Assembly: GCF_009914755.1 (NCBI RefSeq)
Contig: NC_060937.1
Length of the DNA: 64,000 nucleotides
DNA from: the human T2T-CHM13v2.0 reference genome, Homo sapiens
Strand: one strand, 5' to 3'
The notes beneath the pieces were generated by a model, which did no database searches, had not been told where the DNA came from, and worked only from the letters and a program-made list of their open reading frames with translations. This document shows positions 57,520 to 64,000 of the stretch, one piece after another. Every line of letters begins with the position of its first letter. Position 1 is the first letter of the stretch. A program made the position numbers and the translations under genes.

Positions 57520-57803
57520 TCATGACATTGATGACATTGGATTTGGATTTGGCAATGATTTCTTTCTAAAATCAGAAATATAGGCAACAAGTAAAAATAG
57601 ATATATTGGACTACATCAAAATTTTAAACTTCTGTGCATCAAAAGACACAATCAACAGAGTGAAAGGCAAAGGCAACCTATGGAAAGGGAGAAAATATTG
57701 CACATTATATATCTGTTAAGAGCTTATTATTCAGAATGTATAAGAACTCTTAGAGTTGAACAATAAAACTACAAATAACCCAGTTTAAAAATGATATAGT
57801 CAA

Positions 57804-57887
57804 AAGCACAAGAAGAAACCTTACACTCATTAAGCACAAGAAGAAACCTTATACCCATTAAGCACAAGAAGAAACCTTACACCTATT
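57804..57887. repeat. 3 x 28-bp tandem repeat
   Basis: aagcacaagaagaaacctta(c/t)ac(tc/cc/ct)att three times. Confidence 0.95.
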
Positions 57888-58589
57888 AGGATGGCTGCTA
57901 TCAAAAAAACAGAAAATAATAAATGTTGACAAGGATATGGAGAAGTTGAAAACTGTGTACTCTTTGTGGGAATGTAAAATTGTGCAGCCAGTATGGAAAA
58001 CAGTATGGCATTTTGTCAGAAAATAAAAAATAGAATTAACATATGATCTAGAAATTCCAGTTCTGGGTTTATAGCCAAAACAACTTAAAGCAAGGTTTCA
58101 AGGAAATATTATTTGCGACCTACATTTATAGCAGCAGTATTAACAAATGGTCAAGTCGTGGAAGCAACCCAAGTTTCTATCAACATATAGATGCATTTCA
58201 AAAAATGTAGTATATACATACAATGGAATGGTATTCACTTAATAAAAAGGAAGTTCTGACACATGTTGCCACATGAATTCAACCTTAAGGAAATTATACT
58301 AAGTAAAATAAGCAAGTCACAAAAACACAATACTGTATGATTCACTTACACAAGTTATCTAGAGTAGTCAAATTCAAAGAAATAGAAAGTAGAATGTTAT
58401 TTGCCAGTGACTGGGGGTGATGGGAAATAGGAGTTGTTTAATGGGGTATAGAGTTTCAGTTTTGCAAGATGAAAAACCTCTGGAGATGTGAATATATTTA
58501 ACACTACTGAACTGTGTGCTTTAAAATGGTTAAGACTAATTTTTATATTATGTGTATTTTACTACAATTTTAATTAAAGTGAAAAGTTT

Positions 58590-59310
58590 ACCCATAGACT
58601 GGAAAGGTATATGTCTAACAATGATAATCAACAAATGTTGATATCTAGATTACACAAAGAAACTCCTACCAATGAATAAGAAAAGCACAATTCTATAGAA
58701 AAAATGGGCAAAAGAATAAAAATCTGTTAATTTGTGGATGGGTTAAATACAAGCAGTCAGTAAACATGTAAAAAAAAGTCAACCTCATTTGCAATCTCAT
58801 AAATGGTTAATAAAGCCAAAATGAAACAATTTCACTCCCATCCAATAAGTATAAAATTTATACTTAAAATCCATTTATTAGGAAAGGTGTAGAGTTTTCT
58901 AGTGGGAGTCTAAATTGATGAAACCACTTTGAGGAATAATTTTGCATTATCATGTAAAGTTGAATTTGTAAATGTACATTGACTCAGCAATTTCATTCTT
59001 GGGAATATACCATGGAATAATTTTTGCATGTGTACACAAGAAGATACAGATGTAAAATGCTTATTAAAAACAGTGACTTTACCCAAGACATACTGAGAAC
59101 AACCTAAATGTATATTAAAAGAAAATTGTATAATTAAATGGTATACTATGCAGTAGTGAAATGGGATTTCACAAAAATGATATTTACCATAAAAGCTTAA
59201 CACATGGATAAGGATACTGTATCTTCTTTAGGGACACATTCATAAGTGATAAAAATATAAATGCCAATCAAGATGATAAATTTACAGTAGTTATTACATC
59301 TAGGGGAATG
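58590..59310 (+). mobile_element. L1ME-type 3' fragment
   Basis: aaaatgggcaaaaga...gactcagcaatttcattcttgggaatatacc...aacaacctaaatgt. Confidence 0.7.
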
Positions 59311-59335
59311 GTATCAGTGCTGTAACTCTAACGTT

Positions 59336-61515
59336 CATGGGGGATGCATGTGGACATCAGAATGGAAGCAGGTGTAAGGGTTCCACAGAAGAAAACATGG
59401 CTGCCAAAGCTCAGCCTGGCCTTAGCCATTGCACGAGGCATGGTGAACTCTGCCTTCTATAATGTGGATGCTGGGCACAGAGCTGTTTTCTTTGACTGAT
59501 TCTGTGGAGTGTGGGACATTGTGGTAGGGGAGGGGACTCACTTTCTCATCCCATGGGTACAGAAACCAATGGCATTCCACTGCTGCTGTCAACCATGCAG
59601 TATGCCAGTCGTCGCTGGTAGCAGATTCATAGTATGCCAGCATCCCTGTGCATCCGCTTCCAGCCTGTCACTGCCAGCTTCCTCACATCCTCACCAGCCT
59701 TGGAGAGGACTCCAATGACTGTGTGCTGGTGTTCTGCCATCTGTCACTACAGAGATCCTCGTCAGTGGTGGCTCACTTTGATGCTGGAGAACTTATCACT
59801 CAGAGAGAGCTGTTCCCCAAGCCAGGTGAGTGATGACCTTGTGGAGTGAGCAGCGGCCACCTCTGGGCTCATCCTGGACGTCATGTCCTTGATGCATGTG
59901 ACCTTCAGGAAGGCGTTCACAGAAGCAGTGGAAGCCAAACAGGTAGCTCAGCGGGAAGCAGAGATGGCCAGATTTGAGGTGGAAAAGGATGAGCAGCAGA
60001 AAGAGGCGGCTATCATCTCTGCCTATGATATGGCTCCAGAGCAACTCACTGGTGCCCGGGGATGACTACCCGATGGAGCTGTACATGCTCAAAGCCACCA
60101 AGAGCGTTGCTTACCAGCTCTTGTGCTCTCAGAATGTTACCCACCTGCCCACGGGGCAGTCCATGCTCCTCCACCTGCTCTAGTGCTACCTGCACCTCCG
60201 CGGGCCAACTGGGCCACAGCTCTGATGATTGTTAACACCAGCCTTCCTTCTGCTCCCACCCCAGAAATCACTGTGAAATTTTGTGATTGGTTTCAAGTGA
60301 AGGAAATAAAAGTAAAATCACTCCAGATCTCTAAATACTCTATCAAATGAAGCACTTTCATTTTTCTCACATCCATCTACTTTTTTATCCACTTCTGTAT
60401 TAGTCCATTTTCATACTGCTATAAAGAACTGCCCAAGACTGGGTAGTTCATAAAGGAAAGAGGTTTAATTGATTCACAGTTCCAAATGGCTGGGGAGGCC
60501 TCAGGAAACTTAACAATCATGGTGGAAGGGAAAGCAAGGTACCTTCTTCACAAAGCTGCAGGAAGGAGGATCGCCAAGCAAAGGGGGAAGAACCCCTTAT
60601 GAAACCATCAGATCTCATGAGAAGTCACTGTCCCGTGAACAGCATGGGAGAAATCACCCCCATGATTCAGTCAGCTCTGCCAGGTCCCTCTCTTGACACT
60701 TGGGGATTATGAGGATTACAATTCAAAATGAGATTTGGGTGGAAACACAAAGCCTAACCATATCAACTCCCCTGCCAAAAATTCCAAAGTATATATGCAG
60801 ACTGGCTTTAAGCCCCAATTCGGGGCCTGCTGGAGCTCTGGCCTAGGCACTGGCAATTGTCATAACAAAGGTAGGGCAGTGTGTGATCGACTGGGGAGCA
60901 CAGTTGTCAGCCTGAGTAATGTGTAGCCTCTATCCTGTCCTTGATGGTTGATTAAAGATTTGAGGATGATGGATATGTAGCTGAACCGAGAAGGCAGGCC
61001 TCAGTTTTACTAGCTGTCCCTGCACAGATGCAGCTGAAGAGAGGTGCTAACCAAGGTCAGAGAGGAAGTGGTCTGTGGTCTGTCTCTTACCCTAAGAGTG
61101 GTTCTCTCTAACAGTGTGACCAGCCAAAGCAGGTGTTTGTAAAGTGGGCATGGACTGAAGAATCTGTTCCTGTTGAGCTGGATGGGCCTGAATGTTGCCC
61201 CCCAGGTCCCTAAAACTTGGGATGGACTTGAGAGAGGAGGCCTGGACCAAGATGTGAGTCCCATTGAAGACATCCTCTCTACTCCCCACCTTGGTCTCTC
61301 TCAAATACCCAACAGAATTCCAACTTGAAGGATTGCATCCTGACAGGGCTGAACATGCCTGCCGAGGAAGTATGCATCCTGTGTTCCTGGCTCACTCATT
61401 CACAGACTGCTCTTCTCAAAGGCTCTGTGCCTGTGCTTTGAAGGAAACAACCATGGGAAGAAAACAAATGTGTGTAAACTGCTGTCAATAAATGACACCC
61501 AGACCCTCAAAAAAA
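59336..61515 (+). pseudogene. Prohibitin 1 (PHB1) processed pseudogene including 5' UTR and long 3' UTR
   Basis: ATG 59397 (MAAK); fragments [61 protein letters not shown]; intronless, with frameshifts and stops; stop at 60181-60183; AATAAA at 60305 and 61487; A remnant 61509-61515. Confidence 0.95.
60396..60765 (-). mobile_element. THE1 (THE1C/D-like) solo LTR inside the pseudogene 3' UTR
   Basis: tgtattagtccattttcatactgctataaagaactgcccaagactggg...aaccatatca; TSD acttc/actcc. Confidence 0.92.
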
Positions 61516-61543
61516 CCCGAAAATTGGAAATAAAATATATACC

Positions 61544-61898
61544 CAGGAATACTTCTTTTTATTGTGCTTCACTTATTATGCTTTACAGATACTATGTTAA
61601 CAAATTGAAGGTTTGTGGCAACCTTGCATGGAGCAAGTCTACTGGCACCACTTTTCCAAAAACGTGCTCACTTCGTGTCTCTTTGTTGGCATTTTTTAGC
61701 AATGGTATATTTTTAAATTAAGGTATGTACTTTGTGATTGTTAGCCATAGTGATATCACACACTTAGTAGATTATAGTATAGTGTAACATAATTTTTATA
61801 TACACTGGGAAACGAGAATTGTGTGGCTTGCTTTATCGTGATACTTGCTTCATTACAGTGGTCTTGAACTGGACCTTCAGTATCTCTGAGGATGCCTG
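61544..61898. mobile_element. Internally deleted Tigger1
   Basis: caggaatacttc...acaaattgaaggtttgtggcaacc...tatctctgaggatgcctg-TA; both ends present. Confidence 0.85.
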
Positions 61899-61944
61899 TA
61901 TTTTTAAAACTGTGTGTTGATCATCATTATATTATGGTGTATAC

Positions 61945-62150
61945 CAGGTTTCAGCCAACTATGACCTAGCAGTCAAATCTGCTTTTGTAAATGGAGTTTT
62001 ATTGAAATACAGGCAGGCCATTCTTTTATGTATTATCTAGATTGTCTTTGTACTACATGGGAGAGTTGATTGGTTTCAGCAGAGACCATGTAGTTCACAA
62101 AGCCTAAAATATTTACTATCTGACCCTTTAAAAAATTGCTTACCCTTGAT
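61945..62150. mobile_element. MER58A
   Basis: ttttgtaaat..agttttattgaaatacag...cagagaccat...caaagcctaaaatatttactatctgacccttta. Confidence 0.8.
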
Positions 62151-62667
62151 CTATACTTCTATACGTTTTTGTAAGTAAGAAGTATTAAGAAAAAAAAAAG
62201 AACAGAAGAATGGTATATTGGTATTGTCATTGTCATCTGATATCCTTACACTTTTGATGAAGTTATGAAGTTCTTTCGTGATCCAAGTTGAATAAAGTTG
62301 ATGATTGCTGGGTATTTAGTCAGGGACATTTTGTTGGAAATTAGTCAACTACATTTTTTGTTTCTCCTCCAAACTATAGCAGTATCATTTATTTCCTAAA
62401 TTTTATAACATATTTTTGTACCTACATCCTTATCTAATTTTCAGCTGAAAAAATAACATGATCTTATTTCTCCCACCTTTTTGGGGAAACTATTATAATA
62501 ATATATATAAGAACTTTGCCCCTTGATGAAAGCATTTGATTAATATTTGGTCCAATTTTAGCCAGAATCTTCAGGGGTAATATTCTTACTATAAAATGCT
62601 TAAAAAATTAAAATTATATTGTAAAACTTAAAACTTTTAACTAAGTTTCTAACATTTTTATTTTTTA

Positions 62668-62964
62668 CTTTTTTTTTTTTTTTTTGAGACAGGGTCTTAC
62701 TCTGTTAACAGGCTGGAGTGCAGTGGCATGATCACAGATCACTGCAGCCCTGAACTCCTTCGCTAAGTTGATCATCCAGCCTCAGCCTAGCCTGGGACAA
62801 CAGGTGTGCACCACCACACTCAGCTAATTTTTTAAAAAATTTTTTGTGGAGATGGGGTCTCCCTATGTTATCAAAGCTGGTCTTGAATTCCTGGGCTCAA
62901 GCAGTCCTTCCACCTCAGCCTCCCAAACTGTTGAAATTACAAGCATGAGCCACCGTGCCAGGCC
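62668..62964 (-). mobile_element. AluJ
   Basis: Poly-T, gagacagggtcttactctg...tcctgggctcaagcagtc. Confidence 0.92.
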
Positions 62965-63617
62965 TATTTCTTACTTTTGATAGCAGTATTAGTATATACA
63001 ATACTTTAATTTTGTTCCTATTTTAAAAATTTTTTTTCAAGATAAAGACAGTTTAATTAACTATATAATAACTTCTGGAATACTATTTTTAGTTCAAATT
63101 CCGTTATCTAAATTTAAAAGCACTTAAAGTTGATACAGCAAATATACCTCATTGTTATATCCAAAATTTCAAATTGGTAAGAATAAATCTATGAACTGGA
63201 TTCTTAGAAATATTCTCCTTTTTATTGTTACATTAAAATAATATTTTTTTAATATAAAATTATTTTGAAGATTATTTCTCCATAGGGAAGTATTATATAA
63301 ATAACAATTTAATGGGAATAATACAATAAGATTAGTTTCTGTTACTAAAGTTTTACCTGTTGCTTGTGAAAACTAAAAAATAAAATGCGATTTTGTTTCA
63401 CAGTAATATTAGGTTATCAAATTTATTATTTAATGAATCGACCTCATGTTGCTTGGCTATCAGGGATAAAAGGTATAGAGTACCATTACCAAACTCTAAA
63501 ACATTACTTATTTTTTTCCCCACTGAATGGTTATACTTAGTCACTAATTTTGGAATAAATAGGGACTGTTGCGAAGCATCACTTTCATTCTTTCCATATT
63601 GAATTATAACGTGATAT

Positions 63618-64000
63618 TGTCATGGGATCCTTGGGGTGTCACTTTGCCAGCCAGAAACCTCTGTGGCTAGTGGCACTTTTCCCTGAGTTTTGCTCAGGCA
63701 TGCTGGGCTCATTCCGCCCACTTGGCCTGACATGCTGCACTCAGCTCATGCTGCTGGCCTAGATCCCATGCGAGCCAGGCACAGAGCAGCAGTGGGTGCA
63801 TGAGCGGGCAAGCGCAGGTTCCGGCCACTGTGCACAACCAGGCACACTGACTGCTGCAGTGGGGTAAAAAGCTCTAGGCACTGGCACAGGCGCTAGCTTC
63901 ATGCAGGCCTGCAGCTAGATCAGGTGCATCATACGCAGCTTCCACTGCAGGCACCCATGTCTGGATGAGGGCAAGATGATAGCACCTGGAAGCTTGGAGA
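63618..64000 (-). mobile_element. MER52-family (ERV1) LTR, runs off the window
   Basis: tgtcatgggatccttggggtgtcactttgccagccagaaacctctg matches my recollection of the MER52 terminus; abrupt GC rise. Confidence 0.75.

Noticed and set aside
57804-57887. 28-bp direct repeats as a CRISPR-like array
   Set aside because: No spacers; contiguous tandem units inside a LINE in a primate genome.
59397-60183. Functional PHB1 retrogene
   Set aside because: Early deletion after MAAK, an in-frame TGA, and several frameshifts split the protein across frames.

Overview
AT-rich, repeat-dense primate (human-type) genomic DNA lying entirely inside the neurobeachin (NBEA) gene on the + strand. Four coding exons (4228-4666, 17070-17224, 19423-19549, 40860-40987) have canonical AG/GT sites and splice in one open frame to give the NBEA segment ETPAAFPD...FHSFDR-SVVVPVKK...MINTT-GAVDSG...[16 protein letters not shown]...ELLIEG. 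The rest is intron: 11 Alus and a FAM monomer, old L1/L2/MIR, THE1/MLT/MER52 LTRs, DNA transposons (MER1, MER5A, MER58, Tigger1, MADE1), and a sense-strand prohibitin (PHB1) processed pseudogene with its long 3'UTR interrupted by a THE1 LTR. I found no convincing novel biological system. The best leads are a CpG-retaining non-repetitive intronic element (~7.0-7.7 kb), a perfect 27-bp MADE1/miR-548-like hairpin, a candidate 27-nt in-frame microexon, and a complex rearrangement scar at 52.3-52.65 kb. Gene identities and repeat subfamilies are recognised from memory of known sequences, not from a search; boundaries of old repeats are approximate.
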